A stretch of 28,217 nucleotides of DNA from Dehalococcoidia bacterium (GTDB taxonomy: Bacteria > Chloroflexota > Dehalococcoidia > DSTF01 > JACRBR01), in the NCBI GenBank assembly GCA_041494685.1, contig JBGQBE010000007.1:62001-90217 (forward strand), in the 5' to 3' direction. The position numbers were made by a program, and so were the translations under genes. The notes beneath the pieces are model-generated. The model searched no databases, was not told where the DNA came from, and saw only the letters and a list, made by a program, of their open reading frames with translations. Of this stretch, positions 1-8,054 are shown piece by piece (position 1 is the stretch's first letter; each line of letters starts with the position of its first letter).

Positions 1-1
1 T

Positions 2-1156
2 CGCGCGCACGTCCGTCAGCTCTCGCTCGGAGAGCAGCAGAAGGTCGAGATCCTGAAGCTGCTGATGGCGCGCGCGCAGACGTTGATCTTCGACGAGCCG
101 ACCAGCGTGCTGGCGCCGCACGAGATCGACGAGCTGATGGACGTATTCCGGAAACTGCGCGCCGACGGCCTCGCCGTGCTCTTCATTACGCACAAGCTGC
201 GCGAAGTGCTGGCGGTCGCCGACCGCATCACGGTGTTGCGGCGCGGCGTCGTCGTCGCGGCCATGCCTGCGGCGGGCGCCACCGAAGATTCGCTCGTCGC
301 GGCGATGCTCGGCGAATCGAACGCCGACGAAGCGCGCTCGATGCCGCGCCGTGCCGCCTATCCCGTCGGCGCGGGAGACAGCGACGCGCCGCCCGCACTG
401 GACATCCGTTCCGCCGACGTGCCCGACCCTGCCGGGCGCATGCATCTGTCCGCCATCTCACTGGCTTTGCGTCCGGGCGAGATCGTCGGCGTCGCCGGCG
501 TTGCGGGCAACGGGCAGAAGGAGCTGGGCGAACTGATAGCGGGCCTGCGCCGCTGCCGCAGCGGATCGGTCAGCGTCTTCGGCGCGGACGCCACGCACTG
601 GACGCCCTCGCGCTTGCTGGGGGCAGGCATCGGCTGCGTCCCCGAGGATCCGCTGCGACATGGCGCCGTGCCGTCGATGACCGTGCTCGAGAACATGATC
701 CTGTCCGAGCGCAAGCGATTCTCCGGCCCTGCCGGACTATCGATCCACTGGCGGACGGCCCGCCGGGTGCTGGAGCACGCGCTGCAATCGTTCAACCTCA
801 AGCTGCCGGCGTTCACGACGGCGGTCGGCGTCCTCTCAGGCGGCAACGTGCAGCGCATGGTGTTCGCGCGCGAACTGGCGCGCGCGCCGAAGATCCTGGT
901 CAGCTATTACCCGACGCGCGGCATGGACGTCATGTCGGCAAACGCGGCACGCGAGGTGCTCCTGACGTACAGCGTGGGCGGTACGGCGGTCCTGCTTGTG
1001 TCCGAAGACCTGGACGAGCTCTTCGCGCTGAGCGACCGCATCATCGTCATGTACCTGGGCCGCGTGGTCGGCGCCTTCCGCCCGGACGAGGCGGACGCGC
1101 ACAGGATCGGCCGGCTCATGACCGGCGCGCTGGAGGACGGCAGTGGCGGCAGCTAA
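2..1156 (+). CDS. ABC transporter ATP-binding protein, CUT2 sugar/nucleoside type with two NBDs; 5'-truncated by the window edge
   Basis: The frame is open from base 2 (RAHVRQLSLGEQQKVEILKLL) into Walker B LIFDEPT and H-loop FITHKL. The second NBD has GVAGNGQKEL, LSGGNVQR and VSEDLDEL. Confidence 0.93.
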   Translation, partial: RAHVRQLSLGEQQKVEILKLLMARAQTLIFDEPTSVLAPHEIDELMDVFRKLRADGLAVLFITHKLREVLAVADRITVLRRGVVVAAMPAAGATEDSLVAAMLGESNADEARSMPRRAAYPVGAGDSDAPPALDIRSADVPDPAGRMHLSAISLALRPGEIVGVAGVAGNGQKELGELIAGLRRCRSGSVSVFGADATHWTPSRLLGAGIGCVPEDPLRHGAVPSMTVLENMILSERKRFSGPAGLSIHWRTARRVLEHALQSFNLKLPAFTTAVGVLSGGNVQRMVFARELARAPKILVSYYPTRGMDVMSANAAREVLLTYSVGGTAVLLVSEDLDELFALSDRIIVMYLGRVVGAFRPDEADAHRIGRLMTGALEDGSGGS

Positions 1157-2219
1157 TCCTTCCAGCCCGCTGCCGGGCGTTGTCGCCCCCCGAAGGCTCG
1201 CGCTGCCGTCGCTTGCGGAGCCAGCGCGCTTCGTAGTGGCGGTACTTGCCGCGCTGACGGTGTTCGGCGTCATCTTGCTGTTGCAGGGTGAGAACCCACT
1301 CGTCGCGTATCGCGACATCTTCGACACGACGCTGCGCACGAAGTACGGCTTCTCGGAGGTCATCGTGCGGATGATCCCGCTGCTCTTGTGCGCGCTTGCG
1401 GTCGCCATCCCTGCGCGGATCGGCCTGGTCAACGTCGGGGGCGAAGGGCAGCTCTACATCGGAGCGTGGGCTTCGAGCTGGGTGGCGCTGACGTTCACGG
1501 GACTGCCGGCGCCGGTCATGCTCCCGATGATGTTCCTTTCGGCCGTGATTGGCGGCGCCGCGTGGGCGCTGACGCCGGCGTTGCTTCGCGCGAAGGGCTG
1601 GTTGAACGAGACGATCTCCACGCTGCTGCTGAACTACGTGGCGATCCTCTTCGTCCAGTACTTCGTGTACGGAAGCTGGAAGGATCCGCAGAGCGCCAAC
1701 TTCCCCCAGTCCCGCACGTTCGTGCACGCCGCGCAGCTGCCGACCTTCGGCGACTATCGCGTGCACTGGGGCATCATCTTCGGACTCGTTGGAGCCGGCG
1801 TGCTGTTCTTCATCTTCCGGTTCACGCGATGGGGATACGAAATGCGCGCGATCGGCGGCAACGCGGAGGCGGCCCGTCGCAGCGGCATCCCGATCGCGAC
1901 GTACATCGTCATGGCACTGCTCGCCGGGGGCGCGATGGCCGGCATCGCGGGATTCGGAGAAGTGTCCGCGATCCAGGGTCGGCTGCGGCCGAGCGTGTCG
2001 CCCGGCTACGGCTTTATCGGCTTCCTTGCGAGCTGGCTCGCGGGACATAACCCGCTGACTATCGTGTTCATGACGTTCGTCCTGGCAGTGCTGACCGCGG
2101 GCGGCGACTCGCTGCAGATCAACCAGGGGCTGCCGTTTTCGAGCGTCAACCTGCTGATGGCGCTGACGCTGTTCGCGGTGCTCGCTCTGCGGTCGAAGCC
2201 GGGGGGTGAGCGCCTGTGA
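1143..2219 (+). CDS. ABC transporter permease (BPD_transp_2, nucleoside/purine type)
   Basis: Multi-TM protein with family motifs GLVNVGGEGQ, NETISTLLLNY, TRWGYEMRAIGGN and GYGFIGFLASWL. GTG start after GGAGGA; overlaps the ATPase stop. Confidence 0.92.
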   Translation: MAAANPSSPLPGVVAPRRLALPSLAEPARFVVAVLAALTVFGVILLLQGENPLVAYRDIFDTTLRTKYGFSEVIVRMIPLLLCALAVAIPARIGLVNVGGEGQLYIGAWASSWVALTFTGLPAPVMLPMMFLSAVIGGAAWALTPALLRAKGWLNETISTLLLNYVAILFVQYFVYGSWKDPQSANFPQSRTFVHAAQLPTFGDYRVHWGIIFGLVGAGVLFFIFRFTRWGYEMRAIGGNAEAARRSGIPIATYIVMALLAGGAMAGIAGFGEVSAIQGRLRPSVSPGYGFIGFLASWLAGHNPLTIVFMTFVLAVLTAGGDSLQINQGLPFSSVNLLMALTLFAVLALRSKPGGERL

Positions 2220-3133
2220 GTACGCCATTTGCGCAGGGGGTGGCCGCCGGCGCCATCCGCTCCGGCACGTCGATCCTGTACGGCGCCCTTGGCGAGGTCA
2301 TCGTCGAGCGCGCCGGCATGGTGAACCTCGGACTCGAGGGCTGCATGCTCGTCGGCGCCTGCTTCGGCTTCGTGGCGACGGCGGAGACGGGTAACGCCTA
2401 CATCGGGCTGATCGCCGCGGCACTGGCGGGAGGGGTCTTCAACCAGCTCTTCGGGTTTCTCGTCGTCACGCGGCGCGCGAACCAGCTCGCCAGCGGATTG
2501 ACGCTGATGTTCTTCTCGCTGGGGCTGACCGCGATCGTGGGCAAGGACTATGTCGGCCGCAAGGTGCAGGGCCTCGATACGTGGCACATGCCGCTGCTCA
2601 GCGACATCCGGTGGGTCGGACCGGTGTTGTTCAGGGGCGACCTGCTCACGTTCGGCATGGTGCCGATGGCGCTCGCCGTGTGGTATGCGCTGTACCGGAC
2701 GCGCTGGGGACTGTCGCTTCGCACGGTCGGAGAGAACCGCACAGCGGCCTTCGCGGCCGGGCTCAGGCCGGAGCGGATCCAGTATCAGGCACTGTTCGTC
2801 GGAGGTATGCTCGGCGGCCTCGGGGGCGCGCATCTTTCGCTCTCGTACGCGGGCGTGTGGGTCGAAGGCATGACGTCCGGACGCGGCTTCATCGCCGTGG
2901 CGCTCGTGATCTTCGCGTCGTGGCAACCGCTGCGCGCGATCGCCGGGGCGTTGCTGTTCGGCGGCGCGATCGCGTTCCAGCTGCAGCTGCAAGCGCGCGA
3001 TACCAGCATCTCGCCCTTCCTGCTCGACATGCTGCCATACCTGCTGACGCTCCTCGTATTGCTTGTGTGGGGCAGGAACCGCCAGTACCAGATGCCGCAG
3101 GGACTAACGGAGGTGTTCGAAGGGACAAGCTGA
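2216..3133 (+). CDS. ABC transporter permease, second subunit
   Basis: Motifs ERAGMVNLGLEG, RANQLASGL and GRGFIAVALVIFASWQP. GTGA overlap with the preceding gene. Confidence 0.92.
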   Translation: MSTPFAQGVAAGAIRSGTSILYGALGEVIVERAGMVNLGLEGCMLVGACFGFVATAETGNAYIGLIAAALAGGVFNQLFGFLVVTRRANQLASGLTLMFFSLGLTAIVGKDYVGRKVQGLDTWHMPLLSDIRWVGPVLFRGDLLTFGMVPMALAVWYALYRTRWGLSLRTVGENRTAAFAAGLRPERIQYQALFVGGMLGGLGGAHLSLSYAGVWVEGMTSGRGFIAVALVIFASWQPLRAIAGALLFGGAIAFQLQLQARDTSISPFLLDMLPYLLTLLVLLVWGRNRQYQMPQGLTEVFEGTS

Positions 3134-3210
3134 GAGATCGGGTGCACACGTCGCAACTGGGAGCCAGGGGACGAATCGATCGAGTTGGATATCAGGAGGA
3201 ACACGTGAGA

Positions 3211-4359
3211 ATGAAACTGAGGCAATCGCTCGCCCTGGCTGTTACGGCTGTCGCCACGCTCGCGCTGGTGGCATGCGGCGGCGGCAGTACAAGCGCGTCA
3301 CCGACCGCAGCGTCGTCCGCCAGCGCCGGAACGAGCGCGACGCAGGCGCCCGCCGACAAGCTCATCGTCGGCGCGATCCACGTCGGATCGGTCAAGGACA
3401 ACGGCTACAACCAGGCCATGCATGAAGCCCTCGAGCAGATGAAGAAGAATCTGCCGAACGTCGAGGTCATCGAAGCAGAGAACGTGCCAGAGAGTGCCGA
3501 CGCGGAACGTGTCATGGAGAACATGATCCAAAAGGGCGCAAAGCTGATCCTGCCGCTGAGCTTCGGGTATCTCGACCCGGCGCTCAACGTGGCGGCGAAG
3601 CACCCGGACGTCATCTTCGAGCACCCGGCCGGGTTCAAGCAGGCACCGAATCTCGGCACCTTCTGGTCTGACACCACGTCGATGGAGTACCTGATGGGCA
3701 TCGCGGCCGCGAAGTCCACCAAGTCGAACAAGCTCGGCTGGATCATCGGATTCCCGATCCCGAACATCCTCACCTCCATCAACGCGTTTGAGCTGGGTGC
3801 ACAGTCGGTAAACCCGAGCGTCACCACGCAGGTGATCGTCGACAACGCGTGGGTTGACCCGGCGAAGGAGGCCGAAGCGGTGAACGCCCTGGCCGACTCC
3901 GGCGTGGATGTCGTCACTATGATCGTCGACTCGCCCGCCACCGTCGTCGAGACGGCGGACAAGCGCGGGATCATGTCGATCGGCTTCCACTGCCTCTGCG
4001 TGCAACAGTCGGCTGGCAACGGCTGGCTGACCGGCATCGGCTTCACGTGGGGCGACCTGTTCACGCAGTTCGCCAAGGATGTCATGGCTGGCACGTGGAA
4101 GTCTGCGAACAACGTCGGCACCATCGGTAAGGGCTACGCCACGATCGCGCCGTTCGGCCCCAAGGTGACCGACGACACCAAGGCCCTGATCGACGCGAAG
4201 AAGGCCGACATCATCGCGGGCAAGCTCAACGTCTTCACCGGGCCGATCAAGGACAACGGAGGGAAGGTCGTGATCGAAGCGGGGCAGACCGGCAACATCC
4301 CCGATCTGCTGGGGACGACGGACTACCTGGTGGAGGGCGTCAGCGGAAAGATCAAGTAA
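3211..4359 (+). CDS. BMP/PnrA-family ABC substrate-binding lipoprotein
   Basis: AGGAGG at 3194-3199 (alternative GTG start at 3205). Signal peptide with lipobox LVAC and a Ser/Ala/Thr linker, then BMP motifs GSVKDNGYNQAM, ENVPE, INAFELGA and WVDPAKE. The ORF-track extension to 2581 is spurious. Confidence 0.92.
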   Translation: MKLRQSLALAVTAVATLALVACGGGSTSASPTAASSASAGTSATQAPADKLIVGAIHVGSVKDNGYNQAMHEALEQMKKNLPNVEVIEAENVPESADAERVMENMIQKGAKLILPLSFGYLDPALNVAAKHPDVIFEHPAGFKQAPNLGTFWSDTTSMEYLMGIAAAKSTKSNKLGWIIGFPIPNILTSINAFELGAQSVNPSVTTQVIVDNAWVDPAKEAEAVNALADSGVDVVTMIVDSPATVVETADKRGIMSIGFHCLCVQQSAGNGWLTGIGFTWGDLFTQFAKDVMAGTWKSANNVGTIGKGYATIAPFGPKVTDDTKALIDAKKADIIAGKLNVFTGPIKDNGGKVVIEAGQTGNIPDLLGTTDYLVEGVSGKIK

Positions 4360-4409
4360 TGAGGAAAGCGGCGCGGCGGCCTTTCGAGCCACGCGCCTCC
4401 CCTTCCTCA
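4360..4409 (+). terminator. Intra-operon stem-loop after the substrate-binding gene (partial terminator or mRNA stabiliser)
   Basis: Nested inverted repeats TGAGGAA/TTCCTCA, GGCGCG/CGCGCC and GGC/GCC; no U-tract. Confidence 0.5.
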
Positions 4410-4431
4410 GAAACCCGGAGCTAATAAGACA

Positions 4432-4992
4432 GTGAGTGAACAGCAGCAGGCGCAAGTGATAGGGTCGTCGCGGCCGTACCCATGGCCCTACCACGGACGC
4501 TTCGAGCCGTCCGGTGCCGCCCTGCTATTGTTCACCGGAGACGTGGACGCAGTACCGGAGCGGGAAGTGGTATCGCGGCTGCACAGCCTCATCGCCGAGG
4601 CGCGCAGTAGCGGCGTGGCCGTCATCGCGCTGCCCGCTGCGGGCGGCGGGACGCCAGTGACGGATGTCGCAGGCTGTGACGCGGTGGTGGTCCGCCCCCG
4701 GCTCGGCGGCTTCACCGGCACGGGCCTCGCACTCGTGCTGCGCAACCTCGGGCGGACGGACCTGCTGATAGCAGGGTTCCCGTTTGAACTTGGCGCCGAC
4801 TGCACGATGCGGCAGGCAAACGACCTTGGGTACGAATGCGTCATGGTCGAAGATTGCTGCTCCGCCGTTTCGCCGGAGACGTTCGCCGGCGCGGTGAGCA
4901 GCATCCAGATGTCGGGCGGTATCTTCGGTACGGTGGCGAGCTCGGAAGATGTACTGGAACTGCTCCGGGGCGGCGGAGCGTCGCCCGCATAG
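4432..4992 (+). CDS. Isochorismatase-like (cysteine hydrolase) BiuH paralog lacking the catalytic Asp/Lys/Cys
   Basis: Shares [20 protein letters not shown] and QMSGGIFG with the downstream BiuH, but IDWQ aligns to FTGD, DKP to VRP and TDVCV to FELGA. 186 aa versus 234 aa. Confidence 0.8.
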   Translation: MSEQQQAQVIGSSRPYPWPYHGRFEPSGAALLLFTGDVDAVPEREVVSRLHSLIAEARSSGVAVIALPAAGGGTPVTDVAGCDAVVVRPRLGGFTGTGLALVLRNLGRTDLLIAGFPFELGADCTMRQANDLGYECVMVEDCCSAVSPETFAGAVSSIQMSGGIFGTVASSEDVLELLRGGGASPA

Positions 4993-5006
4993 AAAGGACA
5001 CCAAGC

Positions 5007-5711
5007 ATGGTGCAGGTTGCATCCGAGCCATACGCCTGGCCGTACGACGGTGCGTTCCACCCGGAGCATACCGCCCTCGTGCTCATTGACTGGCAGATCG
5101 ATTTCTGCGGGCCGGGCGGCTACGTCGACCGCATGGGCTACGATCTGAGCCTCACACGGGCGCCCATCGAGCCGACGAGGCGCGTCCTGGACTACTGCAG
5201 GGGCATCGAGGGCATGACGATCCTGCACACGCGCGAGGGGCACAAGCCGGACCTCTCGGACTGCCCGCCTAACAAGCTCTGGCGCTCGAGGAACTTTGGC
5301 GCAGGCATCGGCGATATCGGGCCGTGCGGACGGATCCTCGTCCGCGGCGAACCCGGCTGGCAGATCATCGAAGAGCTGGCGCCGCTGCCCGACGAGCCGA
5401 TCATCGACAAGCCGACGAAGGGCGCGTTCGGCGCGACCGATATCGACCTGGTGCTGCGGAATCGTGGCATCACGGACCTGATCTTCACCGGCATCACAAC
5501 GGACGTGTGTGTGCACACCATCCTCCGCGAGGCCAACGACCTGGGATACGAGTGCCTGCTGCTCAGCGACTGCACGGGCGCGACGGACTACGGCAACTAT
5601 CTGGCGGCCGTGAAGATGATCCAGATGCAGAACGGGGTGTTCGGCGCAGTCACCACATCCGACGCATTGATCGCTGCGCTGGCTCCGTTCGTACGGTTCG
5701 GCAACGTATGA
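5007..5711 (+). CDS. biuH: Biuret amidohydrolase (cysteine hydrolase family)
   Basis: AAGGA RBS. Close resemblance (from memory) to Rhizobium Biu[58 protein letters not shown] (catalytic Lys plus second Lys), GITTDVCV (catalytic Cys), MQNGVFG (specificity Gln). Confidence 0.85.
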   Translation: MVQVASEPYAWPYDGAFHPEHTALVLIDWQIDFCGPGGYVDRMGYDLSLTRAPIEPTRRVLDYCRGIEGMTILHTREGHKPDLSDCPPNKLWRSRNFGAGIGDIGPCGRILVRGEPGWQIIEELAPLPDEPIIDKPTKGAFGATDIDLVLRNRGITDLIFTGITTDVCVHTILREANDLGYECLLLSDCTGATDYGNYLAAVKMIQMQNGVFGAVTTSDALIAALAPFVRFGNV

Positions 5712-7180
5712 CGGCGGACATCGATCAAAGCGCCGCGGGCCTGTTCCGCGATGCCGTACGCACCGCCCGCTCGTACCGCGTCGCGGAGGACAGGGAGCCG
5801 CTCTTCGCACCGCCGCCCGCGCAGCTCCGCTTCGAGCAGGCAGCGACGGGTGAAGTCAGGGGCGCAGCCGGCGACCTGTGGGCGCTGGGAGAAGACATCG
5901 GAGCCGGGGTCGTGTCCGTCGCCGACACTGCTTCCCGCTGCCGGCGTCAGATCGATGCGCACGGTGTGCGCCTCCACGCGTTCGAGTACGTCGCCCCCTT
6001 CGAGGCGGCCGCCGCGCAACTCGATCTGGAAGCTCAGCGAGGAGGCGTCCGCGGCCCGCTCTTCGGCATCCCGGTCAGCATCAAGGACGTCATCGATGTG
6101 GAGGGCATGCCCACATCCGGCAGCTCGCTCGCGCTGGAGCCGCGCGTTGCACGCGGCGACGCCACGGCCGTCGCACGGTTACGTGAGGCGGGCGCGCTGA
6201 TCGTTGGCAAGAGCGTCACGCACGAGTTCGCGCTCGGCGTCACGACGCCGCAGTCCCGCAACCCCTGGGACGAGTCGCGCGTTCCCGGCGGGTCGAGCGG
6301 CGGCTCCGCAATCTCGATCGTGACCGGTATGGCCGCGGCTTCGCTCGGCACGGATACGCGCGCCTCGATCCGCGTACCAGCGGCGCTAACAGGTCTCGTC
6401 GGCTTCAAGCCGTCGTATGGGGTCGTACCGGTAGACCGCTGGCTCACGCTCTCGTGGAGCATGGACCACTTCGCGCCGATGGCACGCAGCGTGCGGGACA
6501 TCGCGCTGATGATGGACGTGCTGTGCGCGAGCGAGAGCGGCTTCCGTTCAGCGCTGCCAGGCGGCGTTGCAGGCAAGACCTTCTCCTATAGCCCCGCCCT
6601 GGTGCCAGGCGCCGAGCCCGCCGTGGCGGCGCGGTTCGACCAAGCCGTCGCCGCCCTGGAGGATGCAGGGGCAGCGGTAGTCGTGTGGGAGCGGCCGTCG
6701 GCCGACGACCTGTCGATCGCGAACGCGGCGGGCATGGTCGTGAGCCGCGCCGAGGCGGCCCAGTACCATCGATCATCCGGTACCGACATCGAACGGTGCA
6801 CGCCGGAGGTACGGGATCAGCTGACGGAGGCGATGCAGCTCGATGCGGTCGGCTACGTCCACTGCCTACGGCTGCGGGGCGAGCTTCGCGACCGCCTGCT
6901 TGCAGCCTTCGAGGGCGTCGACGTGATGATCATGCCGACCTCCAAGGTCGCCGCCCCGAAGCGCGACGATGCGGGGCGCTACCTGCTGGTGCTTTCCGAG
7001 AACTGCATCCCGTGGAGTTTCGTCGGGTTCCCGGCGATCAGCATCTGCGCCGGGACGAGCGATGGCCTGCCAATCGGCGTGCAACTTGTGGCCAGGCCCG
7101 GTCATGATGCCGCCCTGCTGCAGGCTGCCTACGGATTGGAACGCTTGCTGCCCCCGGCGCCCGAATGGAGTCAACGATGA
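5708..7180 (+). CDS. Amidase-signature family enzyme (GatA/AtzE-like, divergent)
   Basis: ATGA overlap with biuH. Ser-cisSer-Lys triad motifs [15 protein letters not shown] and [12 protein letters not shown], plus [10 protein letters not shown] and GLPIGVQL. Confidence 0.9.
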   Translation: MTADIDQSAAGLFRDAVRTARSYRVAEDREPLFAPPPAQLRFEQAATGEVRGAAGDLWALGEDIGAGVVSVADTASRCRRQIDAHGVRLHAFEYVAPFEAAAAQLDLEAQRGGVRGPLFGIPVSIKDVIDVEGMPTSGSSLALEPRVARGDATAVARLREAGALIVGKSVTHEFALGVTTPQSRNPWDESRVPGGSSGGSAISIVTGMAAASLGTDTRASIRVPAALTGLVGFKPSYGVVPVDRWLTLSWSMDHFAPMARSVRDIALMMDVLCASESGFRSALPGGVAGKTFSYSPALVPGAEPAVAARFDQAVAALEDAGAAVVVWERPSADDLSIANAAGMVVSRAEAAQYHRSSGTDIERCTPEVRDQLTEAMQLDAVGYVHCLRLRGELRDRLLAAFEGVDVMIMPTSKVAAPKRDDAGRYLLVLSENCIPWSFVGFPAISICAGTSDGLPIGVQLVARPGHDAALLQAAYGLERLLPPAPEWSQR

Positions 7181-7539
7181 AGGAGCCACTCGACGCGATA
7201 GGCGAGGTGATGGGCCGGCCGCCAGATGAAGCGCGGCTGCTGCTGACGGAGATGTACGGCGACGAGATCGCCGCAGAGGTCATCGCGCACGGCGCGATGT
7301 GGCTGCGGCCGACGCTGACCGAGCGCGAACGCAGCCTCGTGATCGTCGCCGCGCTGACGTCGCTGGGCACGCTCGCGCGCCTCCGGCTGCACGTGCGCGG
7401 CGCGTTGAATCACGGAGCTTCGCGCGAGGAGATCGAAGAAGTGATCCTCACGATGATGGTGATCGCCGGCCACGCCCGCGCGACGGAAGCGATCGAGGTG
7501 GCGCGCGAGGTATTCGCCGCGCAGGAGAGCAACAGCTAG
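7177..7539 (+). CDS. Carboxymuconolactone decarboxylase (CMD/AhpD-like) family protein
   Basis: ATGA overlap and GGAG RBS. Family pattern WLRPTLTERERSLVIVAAL...LHVRGALNHGASREEIEEVIL; no CxxC. Confidence 0.85.
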   Translation: MKEPLDAIGEVMGRPPDEARLLLTEMYGDEIAAEVIAHGAMWLRPTLTERERSLVIVAALTSLGTLARLRLHVRGALNHGASREEIEEVILTMMVIAGHARATEAIEVAREVFAAQESNS

Positions 7540-7706
7540 GGTGCTGAAACAGAGGAATCGACGGCTGATCTCGCCGCGCGTGGAATAGCGGTGGCGGGTT
7601 CAAACCGGAGATGGCCCATGCGCGTCGCCGCGCACCAGCAGGCGACGATGCTCACAGCGATCACGCCGAACGCCAGGTCCCGTTCTTCCGCTCCATCCGA
7701 ATCTAA

Positions 7707-7767
7707 GACGAACGGTTCACACGCAGTTCTCAGGCGAGATCTCGGGACAGCGTCTGAGCCGTTCGTT
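7707..7767. repeat. Long imperfect inverted repeat (about 60-nt hairpin)
   Basis: ACGAACGG(7708)/CCGTTCGT(7766) outer stem continues inward through TTCA/TGAG, ACGC/GCGT and GTTCT/GGGAC. Confidence 0.6.
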
Positions 7768-7801
7768 GTTCCGTTAGCAGCCAGCATGTTGGACCGCCTA
7801 A

Positions 7802-8047
7802 TTATCTACTTTCGGGCGTGTATCCGACGCGACGCCGGATGACGTGGGTTCGATCTCCGCGGTCGTCGATGCCCTGGAGAGATATCGTGTGATGCTCAGT
7901 TCCACCGTGTCCGGCGTCGATGAGATGACGTTCTATGAGCCGCAGACTCTGGGTCGCGAACAGTACAGCGTCGTGAGCGTGCTGGAGAACGTGGCGAGCC
8001 ACGACCACGAGCATCTCGAACAGATCGTGAAGACGATCGGCGCATAG
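7802..8047 (+). pseudogene. 5'-truncated remnant resembling the C-terminal half of a DinB-superfamily protein
   Basis: Ends in ...YSVVSVLENVASHDHEHLEQIV, a DinB-like HxxxHxxQI terminal helix. The frame is closed upstream by TAA at 7799 and has no RBS. Confidence 0.5.
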
Positions 8048-8054
8048 CCTGTCG

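Noticed and set aside
2581..3210. Long N-terminal extensions in the ORF track (BMP from 2581, BiuH from 4836, amidase from 5324, PDO from 9995, MFS from 11080, menE from 26589, menC from 28124)
   Set aside because: They overlap upstream genes in another frame and are Arg/Ala-rich noise. The true starts are marked by RBS and stop/start overlaps, so these are not fusions.
4432..4992. Triuret hydrolase TrtA or guanylurea hydrolase
   Set aside because: Both need the Asp-Lys-Cys triad, which is absent.
5708..7180. gatA or allophanate hydrolase atzF
   Set aside because: No gatB/gatC nearby; lacks the AtzF GTDTAGSGR motif and its C-terminal domain.
7536..7842. 83-aa ORFs on both strands of the junction region
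   Set aside because: No RBS, no recognisable motifs and atypical codon usage; they overlap the hairpin.
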